From IMG/VR virus record IMGVR_UViG_3300036791_001056, positions 1-64,000 of that record: a DNA stretch of 64,000 nucleotides; one strand, written 5' to 3'. How positions within the stretch are numbered: position 1 is the stretch's first letter; each line of letters starts with the position of its first letter. Positions 54,767-64,000 of the stretch are shown in pieces. The position numbers were made by a program, and so were the translations under genes. Under the pieces are notes generated by a model. The model worked only from the letters and a program-made list of their open reading frames with translations, was not told the DNA's origin and made no database searches. The stretch comes from a virus.

Positions 54767-55540
54767 TTAAGAGACTCCCATGAGCGCGGGCCACGTCTCT
54801 GGCCCGATGACGCCGTCATCAGTGACGCCCGCGCTCGCCTGCAGTGACCGCACGGCCGCTTCGGTTACCGGGCCGAAGTTCCCGTCGATGATGAGGTTCC
54901 GGCCACGCGCACAGCACAGGCCTTGTGCCGTCCGGACCAGCTGGCCGGTCGCACCGGGCTGAAGAGTGAGAAGAGCATTCATCAAGTTTACCTGCCAGTC
55001 AGGTTCTGAGCCGGATGGTGACGAGGGCTGCGTGTCCCAGAACGGCAGTGAGCTTACCGCAACGGACTCATCATACGCGCTGAACGCCACGTACTGAGTC
55101 ATCTCATCACCTAGGTGAATGTGCTGGATGCCCGTCCAGTCAGCTCCCCAGTAAAGATCATCGGGCACGTCATTCCCGAAGACTGATGCTTGACTGCCGT
55201 ACACGATCATCACGTACCCGGCCGTCTTCAAGCGCTGGTAAGCGTCTTGCACGTACGCGGCGTTTACGGCGGTCTCCACGTCCCACGCGACGAGGCAGCC
55301 CTTAGGGGCCTTGAGGCCCGTGAGCTGGCGGACAGCAGCACTCACGTCAGTGGCGGCGCTGGCCCGCGCCGGGTTACTGCGGACGAAGACCGGTAGCCGG
55401 TACCGCGCCCGCTGCGCGGTGATCTCAGCTGCTGACCAGATGTGCGGTGTGTCACCGCCGATGTAAAAGCACACGCCGTCGGTGGCCGGATGATCAGTCA
55501 CCGGGAACGCTGAGTCCCAGAACGTGAGCGTTGCTCCCAT
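54767..55540 (-). CDS. Endolysin (GH25/DUF1906-like muramidase plus PG-binding domain)
   Basis: AWDVET, VYGS, WGADW; DGNFGPVT..AVRSLQ..DGVIGPETW. Confidence 0.85.
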   Translation of the reverse strand: MGATLTFWDSAFPVTDHPATDGVCFYIGGDTPHIWSAAEITAQRARYRLPVFVRSNPARASAATDVSAAVRQLTGLKAPKGCLVAWDVETAVNAAYVQDAYQRLKTAGYVMIVYGSQASVFGNDVPDDLYWGADWTGIQHIHLGDEMTQYVAFSAYDESVAVSSLPFWDTQPSSPSGSEPDWQVNLMNALLTLQPGATGQLVRTAQGLCCARGRNLIIDGNFGPVTEAAVRSLQASAGVTDDGVIGPETWPALMGVS

Positions 55541-56499
55541 TACACTCCCATCTTCAGTGCGCGATTGATCCCATCATCCAGGGTGACGACCGGCTCGAAG
55601 AACTGGCGCATCTGCGTAACGTCAGCCACGCGATGCATGACGCCCAGTGGCTGAGCGCGCTGCACTTGGATAACCGGCTCATAACCAGCGGCGGCGCACA
55701 TGCGCTGCGCCAGCGCTAGCATCGTTACCGGCTCACCCCAGCCGAGATTCACCGGGCCGTCGAGGTCCTTCTTGATCATGAGCAAGATGGCTCGGCAGAT
55801 GTCATCCACGTGAATCCAGTCTCGGACCTGCCGCTCAGAGCCCCAGATGACGAATGGGTCCTGGTGCTGGCGCGCCCGCGCTGCGAATGCCGGAAACGGG
55901 TAGCAGTCATCTTGGTCCTCGCCGTAGCCCGAGAACGGGCGCACGATGCTGACCTTCAGCCCATCAGCGCGCGCCAGCGCGGCGAGCTTCTCACCCGTCA
56001 GCTTGCACCAGCCGTACAGCGAGTCGGGCTGCCACAAGAGTGCACGATCTGCATCAGCCTCACGCAGTGACGTGGGCTGCCACGCGTCTTCCGCTACCGG
56101 TGCTGCGCTTACTGCAGTGCGCGACTCAATGAACTCAGTTCCGGCTGACTGCATTACCAGTAGCTGATCTGCTGACCGTTGCAGCGCCACCGGGTACACC
56201 GCTGATGATGAGAGGTACACGATCCGGTCTGGCCGCGTTCGCCGCGCCCAGCGGAACATGGCAGCGTCCAGCTCCAAGTTCACGGCCTGCGCGAGTGGAT
56301 CACCGTCAATGACCTCACGACCACCTACTACGGCCGCAGCGTGCACGACAACGTCATACTTGGTGCTGCTGCGGAAGTAGTCCAGGGCGTTGCGGCCCGT
56401 CTTAACGTCGATGCCGTAGACCTTGCAGCCCGCGGCCTGCAGCGCGGCGCCTACGTGCCTGCCGATGAATCCTGCGCTGCCGGTGACCAGCGCCTTCAC
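55540..56499 (-). CDS. NAD-dependent epimerase/dehydratase
   Basis: VTGSAGFIG, SSSAVY, YGWCK, RDWIHVDD. Confidence 0.92.
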   Translation of the reverse strand: MKALVTGSAGFIGRHVGAALQAAGCKVYGIDVKTGRNALDYFRSSTKYDVVVHAAAVVGGREVIDGDPLAQAVNLELDAAMFRWARRTRPDRIVYLSSSAVYPVALQRSADQLLVMQSAGTEFIESRTAVSAAPVAEDAWQPTSLREADADRALLWQPDSLYGWCKLTGEKLAALARADGLKVSIVRPFSGYGEDQDDCYPFPAFAARARQHQDPFVIWGSERQVRDWIHVDDICRAILLMIKKDLDGPVNLGWGEPVTMLALAQRMCAAAGYEPVIQVQRAQPLGVMHRVADVTQMRQFFEPVVTLDDGINRALKMGV

Positions 56500-57056
56500 T
56501 TGCACCCCCAGATCTGGTAGCTCGCTGGCGCCCAGCCCGAGCCGGGCCGCGAGAGGTAGTGAGCGCAGCACATGTACTCGGGCTGCCAGCCCGCTGCGGT
56601 GAGCATGGCGTGTACGCCGTCAGTGTCCCAGCCCCAGTAGTGCTGATCGTTGCTGTCCGTCACCTCGCCGATGGGCGTGGACAGCGCGAGCGTGTCAGCC
56701 CGCAGCCGGATCTGCCTCAGCACCTCATCCGGGTCATCCAGGTGTTCGATTGTCTCTGAGCAGATGAACAGTCCCACGTGCGGGATCTGCTGGATGGTCT
56801 CTTCGATCGGCCCGCAGATCTCATACCCCGGTGCGAAGTCACCGAGAATCAGCTGCTGAGGCGCCAGTGCCCGACCGATCGCCGCGTCGCCGCACGACAG
56901 GTCAGCGATCACATCAGGAATGCCCAGCTCGCGGATCAGCGCGATCGTCTGCGCGACGCGCAGCCGGTGATCGGGCCAGAAGGCGTGAGCGTGCGGCTCA
57001 GCGCAGATCTCTCTCAGCCGGTCCCAGGTGTGCGCTGGGCGCAGCCGGATCCTCAT
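56496..57056 (-). CDS. Class I SAM methyltransferase
   Basis: DLSCGDA, SETIEHL.DP. Confidence 0.8.
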   Translation of the reverse strand: MRIRLRPAHTWDRLREICAEPHAHAFWPDHRLRVAQTIALIRELGIPDVIADLSCGDAAIGRALAPQQLILGDFAPGYEICGPIEETIQQIPHVGLFICSETIEHLDDPDEVLRQIRLRADTLALSTPIGEVTDSNDQHYWGWDTDGVHAMLTAAGWQPEYMCCAHYLSRPGSGWAPASYQIWGCK

Positions 57057-57652
57057 TTGACTGCTACGATCGCCTGAAAGCACTGCAGGCGCGTCTCACC
57101 GCTGAAGATATTCGTGCCGCCGCTGCACTCGGTCTGGTAAATGGGTCGCCAGCCTCCGCGTTCAATAACGTTGCGATAGCCCGTCAGGTCCCACGCCCAC
57201 GTGTGAATGGGATTGTGCCACTCACCCGTCTCACGCGAGGGTGATGAGACGATGATGGTTCTGCCGGCAGGAATCCGCTGCAGAAACCTTACTGGGTCCG
57301 CCAAGTGCTCCAGCACCTCACTAGCGATGACCACATCACCGTACTCGAGCTCATCTGTGATGATATCACACTGCCTGACGTCCAGTCCCTGAGCTTGAGC
57401 GTGCTGGACATCACCAGTGCCGAGCTCATACCCCCAAGCGCGCTGGCTCATGGCCAAGATCTTCAGCAGTGCGCCGTCACCACAGCCCACATCAGTGACT
57501 CGCAGGCTCTCATCAGCGCTGAGTCCCATGACCAGATTCACGAGGTTCGTGACCATCTGCGCGCGCTGCTTAAACCCAGGCTGGTTCTCGAGATCCATCC
57601 ATGGGCGGCTGGCGCTGATTACATCCAGCCCCTCGAGGGGGCCCCACTCCAC
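57053..57652 (-). CDS. Class I SAM methyltransferase
   Basis: DVGCGDG, SEVLEHLADP. Confidence 0.85.
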   Translation of the reverse strand: MEWGPLEGLDVISASRPWMDLENQPGFKQRAQMVTNLVNLVMGLSADESLRVTDVGCGDGALLKILAMSQRAWGYELGTGDVQHAQAQGLDVRQCDIITDELEYGDVVIASEVLEHLADPVRFLQRIPAGRTIIVSSPSRETGEWHNPIHTWAWDLTGYRNVIERGGWRPIYQTECSGGTNIFSGETRLQCFQAIVAVK

Positions 57653-58276
57653 TTACACACCATCCCTCAGCCGGATGATGACCAGCGCGTGCCGTGATCC
57701 TCCGGGAGCCAGCGCGGTAAAGCCGTGCCAGAACTGCTCATCACGGAAGATCAGCACGCTGCCGGCGGGCAGCTCCTCGCGGAGCACCTCCTCTTGCTCA
57801 CCCGTCCGCAAGAAGCTCGCGCCTCCACCCGGCGTCCTGAACAGCGTCCAGATCGCGACGACGTCACCGAACTGATCTTGATGAGGACCCACCTCTACCT
57901 GATCGTCATACCGGAAGTACGTTAGTGCGATCTTCCCGGAGCTGTGGCGCAGCTCCGGCGGGATCAAGTCCAGGAATGCTGTAACCGCGAGCCCGAGCCC
58001 CTCACGCACGATGAAGACGCGCGGGTCATCCGCTGAGCCAAACAGTGAGTCGGCCTCAAACACCCAGCACTGGCCGTCCGCGCCGATCTCATACCGCACG
58101 ACGTCGCGGGCGAACATCTTGCCCCGGGTGCCGATCTCGGTTCCTTGATGCATCAGGTGACTGTTGAACGCCTCTACGACGTGCTCTTCGCGCGGCATGC
58201 TCACGCCATCTGTGGTCAGCACCGCCCAGCCTTGATCAGTCAGCTCGGTGTGAACGCGCGAGAGCACATCGCTCAC
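57653..58276 (-). CDS. 2OG-Fe(II) oxygenase
   Basis: HQD...H...R motif. Confidence 0.75.
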   Translation of the reverse strand: MSDVLSRVHTELTDQGWAVLTTDGVSMPREEHVVEAFNSHLMHQGTEIGTRGKMFARDVVRYEIGADGQCWVFEADSLFGSADDPRVFIVREGLGLAVTAFLDLIPPELRHSSGKIALTYFRYDDQVEVGPHQDQFGDVVAIWTLFRTPGGGASFLRTGEQEEVLREELPAGSVLIFRDEQFWHGFTALAPGGSRHALVIIRLRDGV

Positions 58277-58941
58277 AGCAGTCTCCTGATGACATCAGCG
58301 TCCATCGCTACTTGCTGATGGAACGCGGCGCCGTCAAAGCCGGGGACCATGCCCTCGGCGCCGAGCATCTTCCGGCCCTCAGCGTACGTCTGGTCATCGT
58401 GGTTCCCCGTCACATCAGCCCGGTCGTGCATGATCTCAATGTCCACCGGGTCGTGCCGGCCTAGCGCCTCACCCACGCGCTGCCAGTACGTGTCCATGTG
58501 ACTGGACGGTGACGCACACCCCGTCGCGTCTGACCACGCCTTAGGCCACGCAGGAGCGATGTTCGCGTGGTGAACGTGATTAGCGTGCGGCCAGATCACC
58601 GCTGGCCGGTGCTCTCGGATGACGCGGTCCCAGCCCGGCGTGAGCATGCGCATGTCATCATTGAACCACATGAGCCACTCACCCGTGGCCTGCTTAGCCA
58701 GCGCGTTCAGGTACAGGTGCAGGTTGTTGTACCCGTAGCGCTCAGGCGCTACCCACAAGTGCGCACTCGCTGGCCAGAACGGGCTCGTGCTCACCGTGCT
58801 CATCTCAACATCATCAGGATCTGCCGCTACGATGAGCTCAAGCTCATCACGATCAGTGACAGAATCATAGAGCGTGCGAATCGCGGTCAGCAGGCTGACT
58901 CTCCGGCCTCGTGACGCCAAGAGCACACTGATGGAAGTCAC
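58273..58941 (-). CDS. GT2-like (GT-A) glycosyltransferase
   Basis: ISVLLASRGR, WFNDD. Confidence 0.8.
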   Translation of the reverse strand: MTSISVLLASRGRRVSLLTAIRTLYDSVTDRDELELIVAADPDDVEMSTVSTSPFWPASAHLWVAPERYGYNNLHLYLNALAKQATGEWLMWFNDDMRMLTPGWDRVIREHRPAVIWPHANHVHHANIAPAWPKAWSDATGCASPSSHMDTYWQRVGEALGRHDPVDIEIMHDRADVTGNHDDQTYAEGRKMLGAEGMVPGFDGAAFHQQVAMDADVIRRLL

Positions 58942-59016
58942 GCTGCGGTCCCATCTTCTCCATCGTTATACATCTTCTGTGACCTGACACGATTTTATCA
59001 TGTGAACGCGGCTTAC

Positions 59017-59448
59017 TTACTTGGGTGGGCAGCTCTCCAGCTCTTGCTCAGCGGGAGGTGGAGGCGGGGTCGGCTGCTGCTTTCGCAGCAGTGATCGCGC
59101 AGCGCGCCTCATCACGCCACCGAGCGTGACGCCGAACGTCCCGTGGACCTGCGCTGATATGACGAGGAAGCCTCGCCACAAGATGATGCCGCCGACCATC
59201 CACAGCGCTGTGATGCTGATCCACTCCAGCAGCATCAGCTGGCTCTTCCCCAGCCCGAAATCAGTTTCCAGAATGGATCCCAGCAGCGCCAGTGCGATCG
59301 CTATCTCAAGCGTGACGATGTTGATTCCCCAGAATGACCGCCACCACGGCCACAACCATCCGATAAACGTTATGAACACGATGCTGGCCCAGAACGCGAC
59401 GTTCATCCCCCACTCGGCGAGATCGAGCAGGTACTGCGGTATCGTCAT
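59017..59448 (-). CDS. Three-TM membrane protein (holin candidate)
   Basis: Hydrophobic helices; upstream of endolysin. Confidence 0.55.
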   Translation of the reverse strand: MTIPQYLLDLAEWGMNVAFWASIVFITFIGWLWPWWRSFWGINIVTLEIAIALALLGSILETDFGLGKSQLMLLEWISITALWMVGGIILWRGFLVISAQVHGTFGVTLGGVMRRAARSLLRKQQPTPPPPPAEQELESCPPK

Positions 59449-59672
59449 GTTTTCCTGCTGCTCTCAATCAGCTGAATAATCGCGTCAGCCACGTGATTTT
59501 TCTGGTGAAGCTTCCGGATGGCAGGTGCCAAGACTGAGCGTTCCCAGTCAAGCTTCTGCTCTTGGCTCGTCAGGTCGGCCGCCGCCTGGCGGGCGGACTG
59601 CGCGGTGACCACTCTCGCCTGAGCGATTTCCCCGGTTGGTTCGGGCATGCAGCGCCTCCGGAAGAGCTTCAT
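59445..59672 (-). CDS. Hypothetical protein
   Basis: ATGA overlap with downstream gene. Confidence 0.55.
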   Translation of the reverse strand: MKLFRRRCMPEPTGEIAQARVVTAQSARQAAADLTSQEQKLDWERSVLAPAIRKLHQKNHVADAIIQLIESSRKT

Positions 59673-59970
59673 GGCCTGCCTGAGTCCTGACTGCGTTCAT
59701 GACGCTGGTGACCATCTGCAGCGCCTCTGTGGTAGACTCTCCGCGCTGGCTGGCGATTCGCAGCGCATCGCGAGTCTTCTCGTGCGCGTCCCGCTCTTGC
59801 ATGTACAGCGACTTCCACTCGCTGCACTCTTCTTGCGTGCGGTCTAGCTCTCGAGATGACACGATCCAGCCCTTGAGCCACACGATGATCCAGAGCCCGG
59901 CGACGCCACCGTTTGTGAGCAGTGGCACGTACTGCGCCAGGTCTGACCACTGGATTCCTGAGGTACTCAT
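59548..59970 (-). CDS. Membrane-anchored coiled-coil protein
   Basis: One TM helix plus coiled coil; typical of lysis regions. Confidence 0.6.
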   Translation of the reverse strand: MSTSGIQWSDLAQYVPLLTNGGVAGLWIIVWLKGWIVSSRELDRTQEECSEWKSLYMQERDAHEKTRDALRIASQRGESTTEALQMVTSVMNAVRTQAGHEALPEALHARTNRGNRSGESGHRAVRPPGGGRPDEPRAEA

Positions 59971-59973
59971 CGA

Positions 59974-61770
59974 CTATTCGCAGAGCCATACGACGCCGAA
60001 GTTACTCTGGTGACCGGCTGTGACGTTGGTACTGAATGTGGCGCCTCCGTCTTGCTGCTGGTACTGGGGCATTACCGAGTCCCCGGCGCGCAGGTAATAG
60101 ATGCCGATTGCGTCAGCGCCGGGCCCCGTCGGGACGGTGTTGGTGCTGATGTGCTGGTACGTGTCAGGCAGCGACGCACCCGGCGGGCTAGCCAGCACGC
60201 CTGCCATCAGTGACGCCGTAGCTGACGCGGTAGCTTGGATAAAGCCTCCCTGCACGAGGTACCAGCCACTGACCGGAGCCGAGTACTTATTACTGGCACC
60301 GCTGGTCCAGCCGCCGTAATTGTCACCTGCGGAGGCGTGGACGATTCCTCCCAAGGTGTCCATGGTAATTGTGTGCCACGCGTTCTGCGATAGTCCCGTT
60401 TGCGCGGTGTTCTGCCACGCGAGCATGTATGGCCGCTGGAGAAAGAAGCTGAGGTCGCCCGTCAAGTGAGTCTGGAACTGCGCGGTGAGATTGGTGCTGG
60501 ACGTCGTCAAGTTGCTGCCCGGCGTGCCAGCCTGCCACCGGAATCCCACATCGGGTGCGGGCCACGCTACCGAGCCGTTTGATCCCGCCAGCGTGCTCAG
60601 CCACACGCCGAGCAGCCGGCTCGGCTGGGTGTTGCTGAGCGCATCAGTACTGCTGGCGTTGGTGAACAGCTGAACGGTGTCGCCTTGCTGCAGGTCCAAG
60701 AGCCGCGTTACCTGCGCTGAGTGATTGGTGGAGACGGCACCAGTGGCGTATCCCGGCCCCCACCAGACAGTACCTCCGTTAACGCGGATTCCCGCCAGCA
60801 GTGATCCCGTGGAGGCGGCCGTGTACCACGTCATGCCGTGAACGAGGTACACACCCGTCACGGGAACGGTGTATGTGTTCGAGCCGGCGCTCCACGCTCC
60901 CCACGAGTCGATCTGCGCGGTAGTCAGCGGCACTAGCGTGTTCGTGTTCGCCGTGATGGCTGTGCTTAGTGTGGTTCCCACGCGGAACACGGGTGGATTG
61001 TACAGGAACTTCAGCGGGTTGCCGAGAGCAGCGCCGCTGAGCAGTGAGCTCGTCACAGCACTGCTCGGTGTCCAGGCCGTCGGTGTGGGCGGGCTGCCGG
61101 TGCCTGTTGTGGCGCCGCCGGTGCTAACGCAGACCCACGTACCGTAGAATCGCGTCTGCTGCCCACTCCAGTCCAGTGACGTAGGACCGACCGTTGTGAA
61201 TGAGAATGAGCTGGATGACGCGTCTGCGCAGAATCCCTCGAGGCTGGTGAACTGGCCACTGCTCGCGCTCACCAGATCGAGGACATACGGCCCGTTGTTG
61301 TGCGCTGTCGACGATAGCTGGTAGCCGCCGGGTACGACAGTCCCATTCTCATTCAGTGCTGCGCCAGATACCCCGGCGTTGGTTGTCGATGAGAAGTTTG
61401 GCGATCCCCAGATGAGATGATAGCCACCGTTCTGGCCAGCGGCTCCTGCTGATCCGGGAACTGCCGGGTTGTACCGGCCGCTGGAGTTCTGCCACTGCGT
61501 ATCACCGCCCCCGCCGAACAGTGACGCTGAGTCAAAGAAGTTCAGCCACGCGAACCCGGCACCCGTCGTTGATGTGAACACGCCTGTTGGTGAGCTGGCC
61601 TGGCCACTGGCCGCTGACTGCAGTGCCTCAAACAGCAGCTGCCTGTTGGCCGTGTACAAAATGCCGTTAGGCGTGAAGTTGTTGCCCGGCGTGAACGTGT
61701 ACAGCGTGGTATTCAGGTACTTCGCGGTGACGTTCCCGTCTGTTGTGAACGTTACCGGGTTGACAGGCAT
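59974..61770 (-). CDS. Minor tail/fibre protein with repeated C1q-like jelly-roll domains
   Basis: YTVPVTGVYLV..LQQGDTVQL and YSAPVSGWYLV..LRAGDSV. Confidence 0.75.
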   Translation of the reverse strand: MPVNPVTFTTDGNVTAKYLNTTLYTFTPGNNFTPNGILYTANRQLLFEALQSAASGQASSPTGVFTSTTGAGFAWLNFFDSASLFGGGGDTQWQNSSGRYNPAVPGSAGAAGQNGGYHLIWGSPNFSSTTNAGVSGAALNENGTVVPGGYQLSSTAHNNGPYVLDLVSASSGQFTSLEGFCADASSSSFSFTTVGPTSLDWSGQQTRFYGTWVCVSTGGATTGTGSPPTPTAWTPSSAVTSSLLSGAALGNPLKFLYNPPVFRVGTTLSTAITANTNTLVPLTTAQIDSWGAWSAGSNTYTVPVTGVYLVHGMTWYTAASTGSLLAGIRVNGGTVWWGPGYATGAVSTNHSAQVTRLLDLQQGDTVQLFTNASSTDALSNTQPSRLLGVWLSTLAGSNGSVAWPAPDVGFRWQAGTPGSNLTTSSTNLTAQFQTHLTGDLSFFLQRPYMLAWQNTAQTGLSQNAWHTITMDTLGGIVHASAGDNYGGWTSGASNKYSAPVSGWYLVQGGFIQATASATASLMAGVLASPPGASLPDTYQHISTNTVPTGPGADAIGIYYLRAGDSVMPQYQQQDGGATFSTNVTAGHQSNFGVVWLCE

Positions 61771-64000
61771 TACCAGCCCAGCACATTCGAGCCGAGGTTG
61801 TCATACGGCGAGACGTCAGCAGTGAGTACCTCACCCTCTTGCACGTAAGGTGACTGCTGGTACGTCACTGTGTACACTCCTGGCCCGATCTTAGTGTCCA
61901 CCTTCTGGATGATCACCGGCAGGCTGTACACCTGCGCTCCTACCGGCCGCCGGTTCGTAACGGCTACGTCTGCGACGTCAGTCTGCAGCACCTTGGTAAA
62001 GAACAGCGGGTTCTTCATCGGGTTTACCGTGACCTGCTGGACACGCAGCCGTGGCTGCGCGTACTTACTCAGCCGCCAGTAAGCCACGTCATACGCGTCT
62101 TGCGCAGACGAGCCGGAAACGGTGACTGCTTGTGGCCCGCGCGTGAAGTACTGGTTGATAGATGACTGGCTCTTCTCGACCGGAGAGATGAGGGTAGACG
62201 GTCCCTGGGTGAGAGTTCCCTGCGTTACGTTCTGGACGTATGTGTTGTCATAGTCCAGGCCGAAGGCCGGGTCATACGCCACCTCACCAGCGGTGAGCGT
62301 TACCACAGCCGCTTGAGTATAGATTGAGTTGCCCGCGCCGAGAGTGGGAGCGATCCGCGCATAGCCGAATGCGGCACTAGAGTCAGATATTTGCGTCGTC
62401 TGGACGAACGTCCACGTACTGGCTTGAACGGTGAGCGTAGCTGTGGTTGTCGAGAGGAATGAGTGTGAGCTGTCTTGCCAGTCAAAGCCAATGATCACGG
62501 TTGACTGCGTTGTGAACACCCAGGCACCAATGGTGTATTGAGTTGATGCGCTGGCGGCGAACGGCGTGCCAGACTCTTCTGCCGCGGCAGCGCCTGCCCC
62601 GCTGATGGTAAAGAGCAGTGCCCAGTGGTACTGTGCGCCTGCAGGTGGGCTGCTGGTAGCACTGATTGTGCCGTTCAGCGCGCTCCATGATGATGTGCTG
62701 CCATTGGTGAAGAACGCGTTCGCGTTCAAGATTGCCAGCGCGTTGTCCCCGAACGTCACACTGCTCGGTGTGTTGAACGTGGTTGGCCGTGGTAGCAAGA
62801 CGAGGTTCCCATTGCCGCTGCAGTACCACGTGGCGCCGCTGCTGATTGCGTCACTGTTCAGTGCGTCAGCCAGCGCGGTGCCATTGGTAGCGTAAGCAGC
62901 AGACAATTGGAAGGCATCAGTGATGCTACTGCCTGGGCCTCCCGGGCTCAGGCCAAGAGTAGCCCACGCCAGGTAGCGCCCGAAGCGTGTGGAGATTGAG
63001 TCACCGCTGAAGCCAGTGACGCCGGCTGAGTAGTGTGACGCGATCCGTGCTGGGCTCATGGCGTAAGAGTAGATGTTGCTGTACGCCTGCGAGTAATTTA
63101 TCCCGGGAGTGGACGGTGAGTAGGTGTACGGTGCCTGCCCCAGCGTGACTGCTACGAGTGGTTGCTGCAGGAAGTTCGTCGTGACCGCGAATGAGTTCCC
63201 ACCGTTGAGGTAGCACGTCCCGGCTCCGCCGGGCTTAATCACCAGCATGACGTGAGTCAACGCGCCCCAGTTAATGGAAATTGAGTTCGAAGCGGTGATG
63301 CCAGCCGCCGCGTGCTCAATCAAGATCTGGTACTGTGAGGATGAGATCGCCTCGACGCCAATGGCTCCATACCACCCAGGTGGCCAGTTTACCTTGGCCG
63401 CCGCTGGCTGAGCGCCGAGTGATGGCGTGGTGTACAGCGTGACGTTCCACGTGTTCAGCACCGTTACGCCTGGATTGGGGATGATCGCCCAGTACTCAAC
63501 CGTTATCCCGCTGCTTGCGGTGACGCCGGGCAGTGCCGTGTCTGGCCCGTAGATCGCACCTGACTGGCGGAATCCGCTGAAGTCAGGAGAGCTCAGCCCC
63601 GTGACGCCCATCGCGGTGCCCGAGTCGCCCAAGAACCCGATGGACTGACCCGTCTGGATGTTGCTGCCGATGTACGTGGCGGTCTTCTGGTTGCTGCGGC
63701 TGGTGTTGACCGCGATGAGCCCATTGGCGTTTGCCGCTGTGAACTGCACACCGTTAGCCGTGTTGCTGCTGGTCGAGTATGATTCGCTGAACGGGAAGCA
63801 GAAGTACGGGCCATCAGCAAGGATCTCACCCTGCACAGCAGACGGCAAGTTCACTGATGTAACTACACCAATCTGGTCAGTCGCGATCATCAGCGAGAAG
63901 CCCCACTGCCGCATGTCGGGCCAGACCTGCGGCCACCGCTCGACAAACCCGCTGCCGACAGCGTACCGGCGGCCGTGCCAGAACGCGGACACGCGGACTG
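61770..64000 (-). CDS. Minor tail protein (LamG-like plus carbohydrate-binding module), N-terminus outside the window
   Basis: GFVERWP, ITVEYW, RIASHY; Thr/Ser-rich. Confidence 0.75.
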   Translation of the reverse strand, partial: VRVSAFWHGRRYAVGSGFVERWPQVWPDMRQWGFSLMIATDQIGVVTSVNLPSAVQGEILADGPYFCFPFSESYSTSSNTANGVQFTAANANGLIAVNTSRSNQKTATYIGSNIQTGQSIGFLGDSGTAMGVTGLSSPDFSGFRQSGAIYGPDTALPGVTASSGITVEYWAIIPNPGVTVLNTWNVTLYTTPSLGAQPAAAKVNWPPGWYGAIGVEAISSSQYQILIEHAAAGITASNSISINWGALTHVMLVIKPGGAGTCYLNGGNSFAVTTNFLQQPLVAVTLGQAPYTYSPSTPGINYSQAYSNIYSYAMSPARIASHYSAGVTGFSGDSISTRFGRYLAWATLGLSPGGPGSSITDAFQLSAAYATNGTALADALNSDAISSGATWYCSGNGNLVLLPRPTTFNTPSSVTFGDNALAILNANAFFTNGSTSSWSALNGTISATSSPPAGAQYHWALLFTISGAGAAAAEESGTPFAASASTQYTIGAWVFTTQSTVIIGFDWQDSSHSFLSTTTATLTVQASTWTFVQTTQISDSSAAFGYARIAPTLGAGNSIYTQAAVVTLTAGEVAYDPAFGLDYDNTYVQNVTQGTLTQGPSTLISPVEKSQSSINQYFTRGPQAVTVSGSSAQDAYDVAYWRLSKYAQPRLRVQQVTVNPMKNPLFFTKVLQTDVADVAVTNRRPVGAQVYSLPVIIQKVDTKIGPGVYTVTYQQSPYVQEGEVLTADVSPYDNLGSNVLGW

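Noticed and set aside
57653-58276. TET/JBP-like DNA dioxygenase partnering the C5-MTase
   Set aside because: Only a generic 2OG-Fe(II) motif is visible, and the gene lies 25 kb away in the late glycan cassette.

Overview
High-GC (actinobacteriophage-like) genome segment, read by eye with no database searches. Left/middle: Prim-Pol/DUF927 primase-helicase, family A DNA polymerase with an HNH-type intein, RuvC-like resolvase, SNF2 helicase, Cas4-like exonuclease, Sak4-like ATPase and SSB. There is also a split cytosine-modification system: a dNMP kinase-UDG fusion and an Asp-type TS-like enzyme at 7.5-9.5 kb, then a sugar-nucleotide/glycosyltransferase/dCTPase/dCMP deaminase/C5-MTase operon at 24-32 kb. 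33.0-40.9 kb is an array of about 43 tRNAs covering all 20 amino acids, with two HNH genes, 8/4-type tRNA-Ser genes, tRNA-like oddities and several structured spacer RNAs. It is followed by a tandem array of 8 Y-RNA-like genes (a ninth lies inside the tRNA array) directly upstream of a Ro60/TROVE gene. Right end (minus strand): minor tail genes, membrane genes, a glycosylation cassette and an endolysin. Top candidates for new biology: (1) the expanded, modular Y RNA array with Ro60, whose members carry different tRNA-mimic cargoes; (2) about ten intergenic, mostly transcription-oriented (NNNAG)n pentamer-phased tracts; (3) the sugar-cytosine hypermodification operon.
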